64,000 nt of DNA from the human T2T-CHM13v2.0 reference genome, Homo sapiens (GCF_009914755.1 NC_060927.1), one strand, 5' to 3'. Shown: positions 1 through 13,163, counted from the first letter of the stretch. The notes: generated from the sequence alone by a model not told the origin. Numbers and translations are program-made.

Positions 1-704
1 TTTCAAAAGCTTGAAAATGCATACGTATAACACACATTTGGATATGAAGATCACATATTTATGTGTGTGTATGTATACACACGCACATATATATGGTAAT
101 CATGGAGTCAAGTGAAATTATTTGCATTTAAGTTCATTATTTGAAATTGTTATAGCAAAAGACATAAGTGGTAGACTTCTTTAATTTAACTCATAAATTA
201 AGGATGTTATATAAAGCTTTTTCTGTTTGTGGTTGTTATATTTTGGGTGACTATTTGGATCTGTGAGATTGCGGACTCAGTGACATTGTCAGCTGTAGTG
301 GGCTCTATTTTACTTATTTTACTTGACATATAGTAAGGGAAATAATAGTTTTATGCTTAAATCATCTGCTAACTGGCTAAAATGAAGCCTAATTATCCTA
401 TTTATTAAACTAATTGCTAAACCACTAAGCCAAGGCTGTACATAGGTTTCATGTTGTGTGCCAAATTTGATGGGATGGTAGTAGGTGTCTGAAATAGAGA
501 GATTTTAATTTTTTTTTTCAGAAGAACAAATTTGAGGTCATGTCTTGCTCAGAGGGAGAAAGTATGCTGGAGGATGTCAGGTATTTGCCTTTACTATTCC
601 TGGTAAAATTATAAATAGAAAATACCTATGAATATGTCTTTTAGAGTTCATTAATTATTTAGAAAAGCTAGTTGACCAGATACATCTATACAAATACCAT
701 TACT

Positions 705-1116
<412 letters not shown>

Positions 1117-1349
1117 TTAATAAAATATACCTTTATGGTTGAAAAGTCAGATTTTATACTCACTAATGATAATCTTGCAACAAAAGAATAGTTAACGCGG
1201 ATAAGTATCTTTGTTTCAGAATTTGATAAAAGAATCATCAATATTGGAAACTATTTTATCCTGATATAAGTGCTTTAAAGATTAAAATGTTAAGGTAATA
1301 AATTAATTAACAGGTTGTTTTCTGTACCAACACATCTCCTTCATAATTG

Positions 1350-1480
1350 TGTATCAATTATGAGTGTGTTCATTTGCTAAGAACAGAAAATCTGATTTTT
1401 TTTTAGTGGCTTTAATAAAGAAAAAGTTTGTTTTGTTCATACAATGAGAAGTGAGAAGTTGGTAGGTAAGGCTTGTGGGG
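1350..1480 (-). mobile_element. Old MaLR LTR fragment (MLT1K/L/N-like)
   Basis: AACAGAAAA...AGTGGCTTTAATAA...AGAAG resembles the end of old MLT1 LTRs; highly diverged. Confidence 0.45.
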
Positions 1481-2302
1481 GATTCCAGGGGATCTGGGTA
1501 GGCTATTAGTGGTGTCCCCACAGAGGCAATTTTAGTAATCTAGAATTCAGCAAAGATAAGAGATAGAGACAGAGATTATATAATATTAGCAAGGGAGAGA
1601 GAGAAAGGGGTGGGGGGTCAGAGAGAATGATGATTATGACAGTGGATATATAGTTTACATATTTTTAAGCTTTTATTAGTAAGTATTCCATGCTCTTTTC
1701 TAAATGGTAATAAGATTCTAAAATAAACAATAAACATATAACAATTTAAATTATAAAGATTAATATTTATCAAGAGGGATTGTTGCAGAGTAGAGAGAAT
1801 CTGAGGCTTCCTTCTCTATGAAATTCAAAATAACACTGGTAGCACTCACCACTTTTTAAAGATGGTATACAGACGGGATAGAAACCCTTGCCAATTCAAA
1901 GAAAGAGAGCAGACCAAGTGTGTAAACCTTCGCTGAGAGCAAATCAGTGCTAAAGAGGTAAACATGTAAAATGGCACTTGCCCCCAAATTTCATATTTAT
2001 CTTAATTAGGCCATTGCTCTTTTGATGTTCCAGAAACAGTGGATTCAGGCTGGTTGCCCAGTAGGATTTAAAAGGTATAACTGAACTTTGTTTCTGCAAT
2101 GCTTTTTACTAATCTCTCAGAGTTGATTAAATAATAGGAAGCCAACATATTAATTTTTCTGAAAGCTTGTTTGTTTGGATGCCCTTGAGAAAAGCAAATG
2201 GATGAATCAAGAAATTAGTTTCATTAGCCAGTATTAAAATTCTGCTATCTCATTGAATTATTTCGTTGGCTGTTCAAGTTGATTTAATGGAGAGACTGGC
2301 TG

Positions 2303-2338
2303 GAAAAACATGCAGAAAAACATGTAGAAAAACACAGT
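2303..2338. repeat. 12-bp tandem repeat, about 3 copies
   Basis: GAAAAACATGCA GAAAAACATGTA GAAAAACACAGT. Confidence 0.85.
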
Positions 2339-3326
2339 GTACTGATATAATTCAGTAATTTCCTCTAAAGCTCCTTGGAGAAATGAATATCTGAAAATGG
2401 AATTTTTATCTAACATTTTTAAAATAGCACTTGAATAATTTAGAACAGGGACTTATCAATAAATTATTTGCCTAATGTATATTCTACAGAAATAGGCAGG
2501 AGTGGCATTCTGAAAGAATCTTCCTGTCTTTAGGAACTGGTAACGTTTCTTTAGAAAAATAAAATTAAGTTCCAGGAGGTTCTATAACAGTGTTCAGGTA
2601 TGTAGGAGGAAGTTCATATTGCTGGTAAAAAGACATATAATGTGGAATGAGACCAGATATTTTACTTACTTATCCATTGCTCGCAGACATACCATTGATT
2701 TCTCTTAGCTTTGACCTCATTTTTGGGCAAAAAACACTAACAAAATCTTTCTAACCTTATCAACTTTGTGAAGGGGGAGACTTATACATGTGGTATAATT
2801 GGGCTGCTGCCTGCAGTTGCGCAAGCTCTCCTGCAAGATTGGCTTCAGGTCTCCATGATTAACCATACTCTAGCTCCATAGGTAAGAGGAATCCCTAACA
2901 TTTAGAGCCTTGTGGTCAGCCATTGTCCTAAGCTGGGAAGTGTAGTGGTGGGTGGGGCTTGTGGGACTGAAAGTCCCTTTTAGTACCTTCTATGGTGGGG
3001 TAGGAAGTGAGACAGACAGGGCAGAGGATGGTTAATGGTAATCTAAGCTTGGCTTATGGCACAGGTTGTTTTTGTTTTCTGTTTTTTTGTTTAACCAAGC
3101 CTCTCTCTATAATTTTTTTAGAGAAGATCTGTGAAATAGCAGATTAGTTGCTTTAGTTCAGTGGGAAAAACTGAGTTCTATCTGTACTGTCAAAAACAAC
3201 TGTCTCCAAAGTGAAATTTCAGCTAGTCAATAATTTTGTCTAATACTCAGTTTTTAAAGAAAAATTTACTAGCTGATTGTTTGAGTGACAGCTACCATAA
3301 GTTAAGGTACTACTAATGCTATAAAG

Positions 3327-3553
3327 CAGGGGTGTCTCACGTTTTGGCTTCCCTGGGCCACATGGAAGAAGAAGAACTGTCTTGGGCCACACATAACATA
3401 CACTAACACTAATGACAGCTGATGGAACAAACAAAAAAACCACGCACAAAAAATCTCATAATGTTTTAAGAAACTTAACAAATTTGTGTTGGGCCACATT
3501 AAAAAATGTCCTGAGCCACAGGCAGCCCATGGGCCATGGGCTAGACAAACTTG
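3327..3553 (+). mobile_element. MER30 (hAT-Charlie MITE)
   Basis: CAGGGGTGTC...GGGCCACACATAA...GACAAACTTG matches MER30; 8-bp TSD CTATAAAG/TTATAAAG. Confidence 0.93.
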
Positions 3554-4130
3554 TTATAAAGACAGTTTTATTTGAAGTGTAGATAAAGCCATCTATGTAA
3601 AATTCATGGTTACTTACCTGAATAGGAATCCCAATGTTACCTGTGTATTCTGTTATGAGTTCTCTGCCAGCTATTTGGTTCATCTCCCTTATTTATCGAA
3701 TTTTAAAATGTCCTCATTCTTCAACCAGCACCCATCTTGTCTATCAGGGCTTGCTGCCGACTCTGAGTTATTGTGTGTGTCCTCCCTACTTTCCTGCCCT
3801 TATGCTGTACACTTTATATACACACCTATCCTTAGCTTCTTTCCTCCAGGCTCAAAGGGTAAGTCTCTCTTTCCCCTCAAGCCCACCTATGAACCATCAC
3901 CTCCTGCTTATGTAGGATTGGAAAAACTGTGGTTAGAAATCTGTACACATAAGTAAACTGATAAGCTGCTCCACTTTAGGCCGAGTTTTTCTCCAAATGA
4001 ATCAAACCAACTGATCTCCCCTTGAATAGTACTAGGAGACACCTGGAATTAATGTAATCCTCATTTTTCTATGTACCAAATTTTTTCATTGACCTTTATA
4101 TAACCTTATTTGTGTTATTTTTCATAACAC

Positions 4131-4365
4131 ATAACATTTTCATGTTTGTAACTGAGGTTTTATTTGTTATATTTAATTTAGATGTATCCTAGGGACATAG
4201 AAGACAGCAGAGGTTTATTAATCTCATTAAATATTGAATTTCCTCAAAGTTTGGAACTAGAATGTCTACCGTTCTCACCTATACCTGCTTTGTAGGCCAT
4301 CTCATTCACACTCACCAACTCAGGTACTAACTCTATGTCAAGTGCCCACTAGTTTTTATCTCTAG
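4131..4365 (+). repeat. Left arm (donor) of 235-bp local inverted duplication; right part is L2-derived
   Basis: Reverse complement of 5311-5545; ungapped, 29 mismatches by hand alignment. Confidence 0.95.
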
Positions 4366-5310
4366 CTCAAAACTCTCTTTTGAACTCCTCCTTACTTACC
4401 TATACTATGGTTTATTTGACACATTTTACCATCCAAAAGTGTTTGTTGAATGAATAAATTCAAAATTAGTTACATGTTTCTAAATCACACTCTCAGGGTA
4501 AACAAGAAGAGAAACAACATATTATTTAAAGCACATCCTATGTACCTAAAACTCTAGGCCTTAGTGCCTTTTTGTCTAAAGTTATTATGCATTCTTTATT
4601 TTTATTTTGAGGTTTGCTATTTCTACAGACTCAAGAATAAGTTTTGCCTAAGACTTGTCTTTAGCTTTTCATTGTAGATGGTGTGTGCTGTGTTATCAGC
4701 TATTAAGCCCTTTCTGTCATGAAACAAACAAACAAACAAAGAAACAAAAACTCTTACTGTGAATTTGGATTTGTCCCTCCTCCTGCCATGCTTCTTCCAG
4801 CACTATCTGTAGACTGCCTGAATGCCCATACACCCTCATGATATTCTGTGATATTCCAAATGAGGAGCTGACTTAAAGAGAAATGGGCTGATGCTGATGC
4901 TCATGGGATTGGCTGGTCTGATCATATACTCTATTTCCTGTACAGAAAATGACCCCTGAATGGTGGCATGGTTTGTTGAAACTCTGTTGTGGAACCCACT
5001 GGGAGACTACACACTGTAAGATTTGGGTGCTCTCTTGTAAGATGTGTATATATTCTGAGTGAATGATCTGTATAGGATGCAGTTTGTTTTTTCATAGCCT
5101 ACATAAGGGCTCAAGAACCAAGTGATGAGAGGGAGGGGGATGCCCATCACTATTTTTCCTAATGAATCAACTGGAAAAAAGGTGGTTTCCTTTCCCGTGA
5201 CTCTAAAATATGCTGGTTTAGATATATGAGCATGATAGACATGAATGCTTCTACACAAAAATGCTTTTCTTGAATTGTAAACTGAAACTTCCACCTTTGG
5301 ATCCTTTATC

Positions 5311-5545
5311 CTAGAGATAAAAATTAGTGAGCAATTCACAAAGAGTTAGAACGTGAGTTGGTGAGTGTGAATGAGATGGCCTAAGGAGCAGGTACAGGTG
5401 ACAAGAGTACACATTCTAGTTCTAAACCTTGAAGAAATCCTATATTTAATGAGATTAATAAACCTCTGCTATCTTCCACATCCTTAGGACATGTCTAAAT
5501 TAAATATGACAAATAAAACCTCAGTTACAAACATGAAAATGTTAT
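5311..5545 (-). repeat. Right arm (inserted copy) of 235-bp inverted duplication
   Basis: Reverse complement of 4131-4365; interrupts ERVL homology. Confidence 0.95.
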
Positions 5546-5905
5546 ACCTTTTTGCATAGGTCATTTTTGGCTCCTATTGCCTTTGGGTGAACAAGTCAAA
5601 GTAGGTTATGGTGTTGTCTTTGATAATTGATAGCCAAGAAGCAGGCAGTCAAGGAGAAATTGGGTTGCTATTATACAATGGGGGCAGGGAGGAATTAGTA
5701 CAGTACTTGGGGTATCTCCCGTGGTGCTCAGAAGCCTCAGAAATGGAAGTCCAGGCCGTCTTACCAGATAAAGAACTTTGAAGAGCTGAGGTTATAATAA
5801 TTTTCAGTGGAGACCAGCAGAAGTCATAAATGTGGCCAAGGAACTAGTTGTAAAAAGGAGTAACATAACCTTATAGTTTCTACCTGTTCTTTTCTCCTTC
5901 TAGTA

Positions 5906-5976
5906 ATGTGTACGTATGTGTACGTATATGTATATACACATACATAGTGTGTATATATACACACTATATATATGTG
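5906..5976. repeat. Compound (TA/TG/CA) microsatellite with a 24-bp perfect palindrome
   Basis: ATAGTGTGTATA|TATACACACTAT at 5944-5967. Confidence 0.85.
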
Positions 5977-6310
5977 CTAACTTTTACATTTATACTATTT
6001 ATTAACTGAATTTTCTTGACTTTTCCTTTATGCTATTGTGTTATATATCATGGGTTGGAAATGATTAACTGTCCAGTTGAGTCCAGAGGAGAAGATGGAG
6101 AGAGAATTATGATAAAATCAGAATAATTTACCTCATCCAGAAATTCTAAACTAGATCTGGATGCAGTAAATAATGAGATGTAAACTTTTTCTCTTTGGGA
6201 AGAGTGAATTTTTAGATATATGCAGGGGAAATAAATGCATTAACCAAGCAGGTGCAATATCATAAAGTTAGTAATAAGAAATAGGGTGGTGGGCCACTAA
6301 TGGGGCAAAC

Positions 6311-6808
6311 TGCAGAGGACATCGTATTTTCTGTTTGCTACTCATTTTATGAGTCCTGATAGGGGACAGAGACTAATTTCTACTTATAATTTTAAAAGGC
6401 TGGATGCTCAATTATTGGGCATAATTGGCAATTAAGAAGCAGGCACCTGGCATAGGTTTGGCCAGTCACAGTTGCTTGGCCTGGATTTGAGTCTGGAGAT
6501 AGAGATGCAAAGAAGCTAAAACCAGAGAAGAATATATTTTTGAACCAAGCTGCATCCGATTTTTAGAAGCCACAGCAGCACTTAGGCTTTAGTGGAAGTG
6601 AAAGTGCTGTCCCTTCTGGACTAGATCTGTGCCAAGGTGTGGTGTGGCTACTGTCCACTTTCTCTTGTTCTCTGTTGTTTAAGCTCAGCTCCCCGGCTTT
6701 CATAGTAATCCTGGAAGCTACCTAATATCTTTTCAATAAACTATGTTTCTGCTTATCTTATCCAGATTCACTTTCTGTTTCTTCCAACCAAGAAGCTTGA
6801 GTTATGCA
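6311..6808 (+). mobile_element. ERVL-class LTR (LTR33/LTR40/LTR41 group); probable 3' LTR of the preceding internal remnant
   Basis: TG...CA termini after a purine-rich tract; ends CAATAAA...TTTCTGCTTA...CCAGA...TTTCTGTT...CAACCAAGAA as in this LTR group. Confidence 0.7.
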
Positions 6809-7944
6809 CTGAGAACTCCACAAACAGCACATTAAATCTCCTCTTCTGAGAGAGGAACATTCTAAACCCACAAGCACGTAGGATGCAGGCTGTGTTTCCA
6901 AAAGAACTCCAGGACCCAACTCACTCGAAAGCCTACAGAAAAGCCTGCTTGGTTGCGCAAAAGAAGTGTCTATATACAGATGTTTATCCTCAGCAGTTGA
7001 GGAGTGAGGTTAGTCCTGTGGTCGCCTGACTACATGATTCACAGAGACAGCCTCAATTTTCTGAGTCATAGGAAAACCTCAGGTGGGCTGTGGAGACCCA
7101 GGAAACATTTGTGGTATTTTCATCCTGATGTTGCAATAGGAATATGATCTACAAATCTTGCCTGCTGGTCTCAAAATGCCAAAAAGGCAATAACATAAGC
7201 TTTTTTAAAAAAACGAATGAACCGAAGCGGGGGCAAGTAGAAGAAAGTGAGATTCAGAAATATGTTGTTGTTATTTACTCACAACAGTAAAGAAGATCAA
7301 AGGGTGGGCAGTTTTTTGATATCTTACAGTGGAAATCAACAAGCATCTTATTATAGAAAAAGGAGGAAAAAGCACATGTCCAAATTAGCAAAAGATGGGT
7401 GAATCCTTTTCTGAGCAGCTTGTGAGCTCATTAGCTAATCACGGGGGTTGGATAAAAGGGGCAGTTTGAATTATCTAGTTGTTTATTGGAAAAAGGTAGA
7501 GCATGGTTATCTGTTTTTTAATATGAAAAATACATAAGTGTTCAGAATTTTCATGAGTAGGGAAGAACTACTGAAAATGTAACTATGGAAGGCAAATCAG
7601 ATAATAGAGATGAAAAATGGGGTATGTTTATGATTTTAGAAAGATGAATAAAAACAATTTTAGGTTGAATTGGACCTAAAGGGTGCTGAAGTTCAAGCAT
7701 TGAAAGTGAATTTTGTAGCAAAGCCAGAGAGAGGAAAAGCCAGCATTTAAAAAAACATACAAAGATATAGTCAGTTACTATATACAGCTGATTTCACCAA
7801 AGGAAGACTGTTTTTGGCTGTTGAAATGCAAAAAAATCACTATATGAGAAGTGAAAATAAGGATATATTACTATGCATGGGCATAATGTTTTGTTTTATA
7901 TAAAACAATAGTTTATAAAATAGCTTATATTTGTAAAGATTAAG

Positions 7945-8610
7945 GTTGTGGTGTGGTTGAGTGAGCAAAGGTTTGAAATTAGTCATGCATGGGTTCAAAT
8001 TCTGACTTTATCACTGTAGTTGTTTGCTGGGTTACTGTAACAAAGTACTGCAGAATGGGTGGCTTAAACAACAGAAATGTATTTAACAAAGTGCCACAGA
8101 CTCAGTGGCTTTAACTACAGAAATTAATTTTCTCACAGTTCTGGAGGTTGGAAGTCTAAGATCAAGATGTGGGTGGGGCTGGTTCCTTCTGAGGGCTGTG
8201 AGGGAAGGCTGTGCTCCAGGCCTCTCTCCTTGGCTTGTGGAGGGTCATCTTCTCCCTGTGTCTTAGCATCATCTTCCCTCTGTATGTGTCTGTTTCCAGA
8301 GTTCCTCATCTTTTAAGGATACCAGTCATATTGGATTAGGGCCCACCTTAATGACCTCAATTTAATTACCTCCTTAAAGACCCTATTTTCAAAAATGATT
8401 ACTTTCTGAGGCACTGGGCGTTCATACTTCAACATATCAATTTTTGGGGAGACAGAATTCCAGCCTATAACACTTACTTACTATGTTTTCTTGGGCAAGT
8501 CGTTTAATTCTCCTGAGATCTCTCCCTCATCGTTAATGTAGGGGTAAAATATTGTTGTAAGATGACAGGTAAGTCATCCACAACTGTGGCTGACACAGAG
8601 TAAAAACTAA
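7945..8610 (+). mobile_element. MIR SINE split by an MLT1B insertion
   Basis: GGGTTCAAATTCTGACT before 8015; CTTAC...TTGGGCAAGTC after 8472. Confidence 0.75.
8015..8472 (-). mobile_element. MLT1B solo LTR with an internal 46-bp duplication
   Basis: CTCACAGTTCTGGAGG...AAGGATACCAGTCATATTGGATTAGGGCCCACC. Confidence 0.88.
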
Positions 8611-9071
8611 AAAAAAAATCAACAAATGTTTTTGCTGTTATCATTGTGATAAAGTAGAGTGAGTTATAGCTAGAAGCACAGAAAAGGAAATGCTCACTTT
8701 AAAATTGTATTTCTGCAGCATTGTCAGCGAGTCAAGATACCTCTCTGCATTCCAGAGAACTTGTCCTGATCCTCGCAATCAGAGCTGTCTTGGAACAGAT
8801 GTCACCTCCTCTGGTCTTTCCTGACCCACCGGCTCATTCATATCTCCTACTCAGCCAAGAAAATAGGTGTCTAGCTATAGAAAATAGTCTGATTTCCTGC
8901 CCAGAAACTGTTTCGGGTGAAAAAAAGCAAATGAAAAGGAAGTAAAAGGAGAGAGTTAGAGTATATTACATTTCTTGAATACCTGCAACCTACTTTTCCA
9001 ATCACTTTTAAACCAGAGTTCTTTTTACAGCTTTCAGAGCTGAGCCCGTTAGTTGAAGCTCCGCCGAGAGA

Positions 9072-9090
9072 AGCCAGCAGAGGGCAGCAA
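9072..9090 (+). promoter_or_regulatory. CTCF motif (forward)
   Basis: AGCCAGCAGAGGGCAGCAA closely matches the CTCF core; lies in a locally CpG-retaining non-repeat stretch. Confidence 0.65.
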
Positions 9091-9167
9091 AGGGCAGTTG
9101 GGCCTGCCGCACCGCTGATTCCCAGGTCTAGGGGCCATGTTACTTAGCAGGGAAGCTTCCCTCTACA

Positions 9168-9265
9168 CCAGTAGTTCTCATTTTGCTGCATGTCAGAACC
9201 TCCAGAAGAGCTTTAAAAAACTCCTGATGTCCATGTTTCAGTCCAAAGCAATTAAATCAGAATAG
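9168..9265. mobile_element. MER5B-like fragment
   Basis: CAGTAGTTCTCA...GAGCTTTAAAAAA...CAATTAAATCAGAAT. Confidence 0.6.
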
Positions 9266-10195
9266 AAGGAGGTAGAGGTTATATGGACGGGCTATTGGGG
9301 CATGTCTCAGTCCATTAGAAGCCCAAAGAAACTTGGGATTTGGGGAAGGACTTGGATGAAGATAAATAAAGGGCAGCCAGGCTCTTTATTCAGATTATAT
9401 CCACCATCCTAGAGAAGAGGGCCTGACATTTTTAAATCGTGACCGAACTGGAAGAGATTTGTAGTACTTTGAAGGTTGCCCTTCAAACGCATTGGAATCG
9501 GCATTGCTAAGTGAGGTGATATTCAACAGGGCTATTTGATGAGATATGACAGATGCAAAACGAAAGTAGATTAATTTAGTAAGAGTATAAAAGAAAACGA
9601 ATGTCACCCATCAAACAGGCAAAGGCAGGAGGTGAAAAGGAGCAGGAGAAAGACCTACCCAGGAGCCCTATGCGAGAGGCCACGCCCATCCTGCCCACTG
9701 ATTGGGCCGAGGCACACCTTTGGTGTATAGCTGGCTCTCAGGCAGGAGGAAGGTTATCTGAAGAAGGTTCAAAGAAGTGTTTATGTGGCTGGAAGTCTAA
9801 AAAGAAATGAAGTGATAGAGGTTTACAAAGATGTTTGTGGAAGGAGAATTTACAGATTGTAGATGATGGAGAAAGAAGAAATTCTGACTCCACTCGCTAC
9901 ACCTTCAGCTCTTGAGAAAACTGAGTATGGACTGGGTGAGTTGAACATATAGTATATGAAGAAAGATAATTTTGACAATTGAATCTGTTTGTTTGAAGTG
10001 TGACTGTTAAACCTGAGCGAGTGGTTTGAGGTGGAGGTGTTAAGACTCTGCTTGTCAACTCTATGAAGAAAATTAAATGTTGTACTGTGACCCAAATTAT
10101 ATTGGACATTTTCAAGCCCTGTTGTCCTAGAATTATTTTTTTTAAATAGTCAATTATGAAATCTTGAGAGTTGACAGAATATAGATGTGTCTCTT

Positions 10196-10357
10196 TAGTG
10201 GTTTTCAAAAGGTACTGTGTGTCAGAAAGTCTGTTAGAAGACAAATAGCTGGGCCTCCAGAATTTCTGATTCAGTGGGGCTTGAGAATGTGGGTTTTTCT
10301 AGGTTCCCGAATGATGCCAATGTTGCTAGTCTGGGGACTAATCTTTGAGAACCGTGG
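10196..10357 (-). mobile_element. MER5A
   Basis: TTTCTGATTCAGT...TGATGCCAATGTTGCTAGTCTGGGGAC...TTTGAGAACC. Confidence 0.75.
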
Positions 10358-10442
10358 CTTTAAGAAAAACATTCTTATTTTTGAAAGAGGCGAATTAATG
10401 ACTGTGGAGGCGCATGAAGAATGTATACCTCTGTGCTTGGCT

Positions 10443-10610
10443 AAGTGATTTCAGCTTTGTTCATTGGAATCATCTGGGTAGCATTACAACTACCAGTGCC
10501 CAACTTCCACTCCCAGAGTCTGTTGTAACTGAGTCGGCAAGTGGCCTGGGTATTAGGATTTTAAAATCTGTGAGCGACTCAAATATGCAGCCAGCGTTAG
10601 GAACTATTAG
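10443..10610. mobile_element. MER5B-like
   Basis: GAATCATCTGGG...GGCCTGGGTATTAGGATTTTAAA...ATGCAGCCAG. Confidence 0.65.
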
Positions 10611-10689
10611 CTAGCTAGCCAACATTCTGGTTCTTGTTGGTCTTTTCTTATGTCTCAGGATAGCCTCAGGAGTTAGGAAATCAAGATGA

Positions 10690-10803
10690 TGAATAATCTC
10701 AGCTGACATTCGTTGAAAGCTTTTTATGGGTCAGCACAGTTTGAAGCACTTCATGTGGATTAGCTCATTTAAACTTCAGTGAGAGATGTATTATCTATTA
10801 CCG
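10690..10803 (-). mobile_element. MIR fragment
   Basis: AGCACTTCATGTGGATTAGCTCATTTAA. Confidence 0.6.
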
Positions 10804-10835
10804 CTACAGGCACAGTGTCTATGGTCTATGGCTCA

Positions 10836-11193
<358 letters not shown>

Positions 11194-11404
11194 AAAATAT
11201 GAAAGGAAAACCGCAAAATTGAAATTAATATTAATCAATTTTACAACAAAATGATAAAATCCTCAAATATTTTAAAAACAATTGCCTATATTTAATAAGG
11301 AACATATGTCCTTTTGAAAATGTGCTTACTATTTTGTAAGGTAAGACTATCAAAGTGATTATGAAAGTTTTATTGCCCTGTTCACAATAATTTTACTTAA
11401 TAGA

Positions 11405-11528
11405 AATTATTGTTAACCCCACTTTGTAGATGAGAAAATTGAAGCACAGAGGATTTAAGTAATTTGCTTTAAGCCATACAGCTAAGTAAGGGATAAAGAA
11501 AGAATTCAAACTTTGAAATTCTGACTTT
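11405..11528 (-). mobile_element. MIR fragment
   Basis: CCCCACTTTGTAGATGAGAAAATTGAAGCACAGAG core. Confidence 0.75.
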
Positions 11529-12366
11529 GTGAGTCAAAGTCAAGTCATGTAATGTAACATATCATAATGTAATGCATTCCTCATAGACACATACGCAGAC
11601 ACACACATGCCTTTTCAAAAAAGTTGCCTAGGGAAATTATAAAGGAATTGCAATTTGGGGCTGTTGTAAATACTTTCAGAGAATCTGTAGATCACTAAGC
11701 TCTTTGACCTGCAGTTCAACAGCGCAGGGCCACTGAACGCAGCTACTCAGGAGGTTCAAGGCATAACTGGCCGCTGCTGTGTTTGCAAAGATTGTGTGAC
11801 AATGGCACCGTGGAGCTGGGCAATGTGGCAGCTCTATATCAAGGCCATTAACTCTGAAATCTTAGATAGTAGTACAGATCTTGTTAAATATTGCCTAAAA
11901 GGAAGAAAAAGTTAGGAAAGTATTCAGAGGACGCCCCTTTTTTTAAAAAAAATTATAAGGTCTTGAGTATTATGCAGTAGTTGATGTACTCAATTAAAAA
12001 AAAAAAAGAATCTGCCACCCAGAGAGCTTAGGTCATGTGACTTGCTCCCAATCTTGCTCCCAGTTAATGGCAGGACCAAGACTACAAGGCCGATCCTGGA
12101 GGCCCCTGGGACTCATAGGTGTGATGCCTACCGGCATTTTCCATGGCTGAATTTCAGTTAAGAGATGCATCAAGTTTCCACTACAGAGGTTTTTGCAAAA
12201 TGTCCTGAAATCCTGACTTAATTTCAGAGACTTTATATGTCCTCACAATAGCTGGAGAGGAGGAAATATTAAGCTGACGGCTTAGCAGGCAAATATTTAT
12301 TTTAAAAAATGTCACCCCCTGGCACGCAAACTGAGCATCTTGTTGCGCTTGGAATTCTTTTTCCTC

Positions 12367-12385
12367 TCCTGCCATCTGGTGGTAC
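12367..12385 (-). promoter_or_regulatory. CTCF motif (reverse)
   Basis: Minus strand reads TACCACCAGATGGCAGG, a near-consensus CTCF core. Confidence 0.65.
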
Positions 12386-13163
12386 TTCTGAGCCACATTT
12401 TCATTCAATTGTGCCGGATCTCAATAGTCATTTCTACAAAATTTGTTTAGCTTTCAAGGTCTTTACTGCTCAGATCATTATCACATTCTTAGGAAACTTG
12501 TTATTTTTTATTTAATATTCAGGACAAAACAATGGTTTATGATTCTTTTTATATACCAGAGTATTTCATTTCTGTTAAATGTTTGTTTCTAAAATTTGTA
12601 GTATGTGACATTGTTAAAAACATGACCGTGAATATATATTAATTTACATTTTATATTTAATGGGAAACCAAGATGTAATTTTATTAAACTGGATATTTAC
12701 TTAGAATCATTGGTTGCTGTGGTATCAGGTATTGAAAGAAAAAAATGCTATTTAAAAAATTTCCTTTTGAAATGACCACTTGACTGTGGCTATTGTTGCT
12801 GATTTTCTTGTATCATCAAGTATTTGCTCACATTACACTTGTAATTGATAGAAATCAGTTTCATTATCACTGCTAACAATCATTTCTTAGATCCATTTCT
12901 AGGATGATCCTCAACTTTTCTGCCCATCCACTAGTCATGGTGATTTTCTACAAAACTCCAGCTCTATAGCTTCTCTACAGAAGTAAGCCTGGCAAGCACT
13001 GGCCCACTCCTTCAGTTGCCACCTTCTCTGTAACCTGATCTATGGGACCTCTGCCTTAGGGATCTGACTTTGACGGGAGATGGGGGGTTGGGTGGATGAT
13101 CTCACTTTCTTTTTAATCTCCAGTCTCGCAAATGTTTTCCTGTAGAACCCAGGTCAATTCTAC

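Larger units (their letters stand above)
4750..6310 (+). mobile_element. ERVL-class internal remnant (integrase C-terminal part, dUTPase region, 3' region), interrupted at 5311-5545
   Basis: GCTCATGGGATTGGCTGGTC, GGGCTCAAGAACCAAG and CAAGGAGAAATTGGGTTGCTATTATACAATGG resemble HERVL/ERVL pol-dUTPase; no intact ORF. Confidence 0.75.

Noticed and set aside
3611-3620. TACTTACCTG resembling the U1 snRNA 5' end or a perfect minus-strand donor
   Set aside because: No further U1 sequence, and no convincing acceptor at normal exon distance
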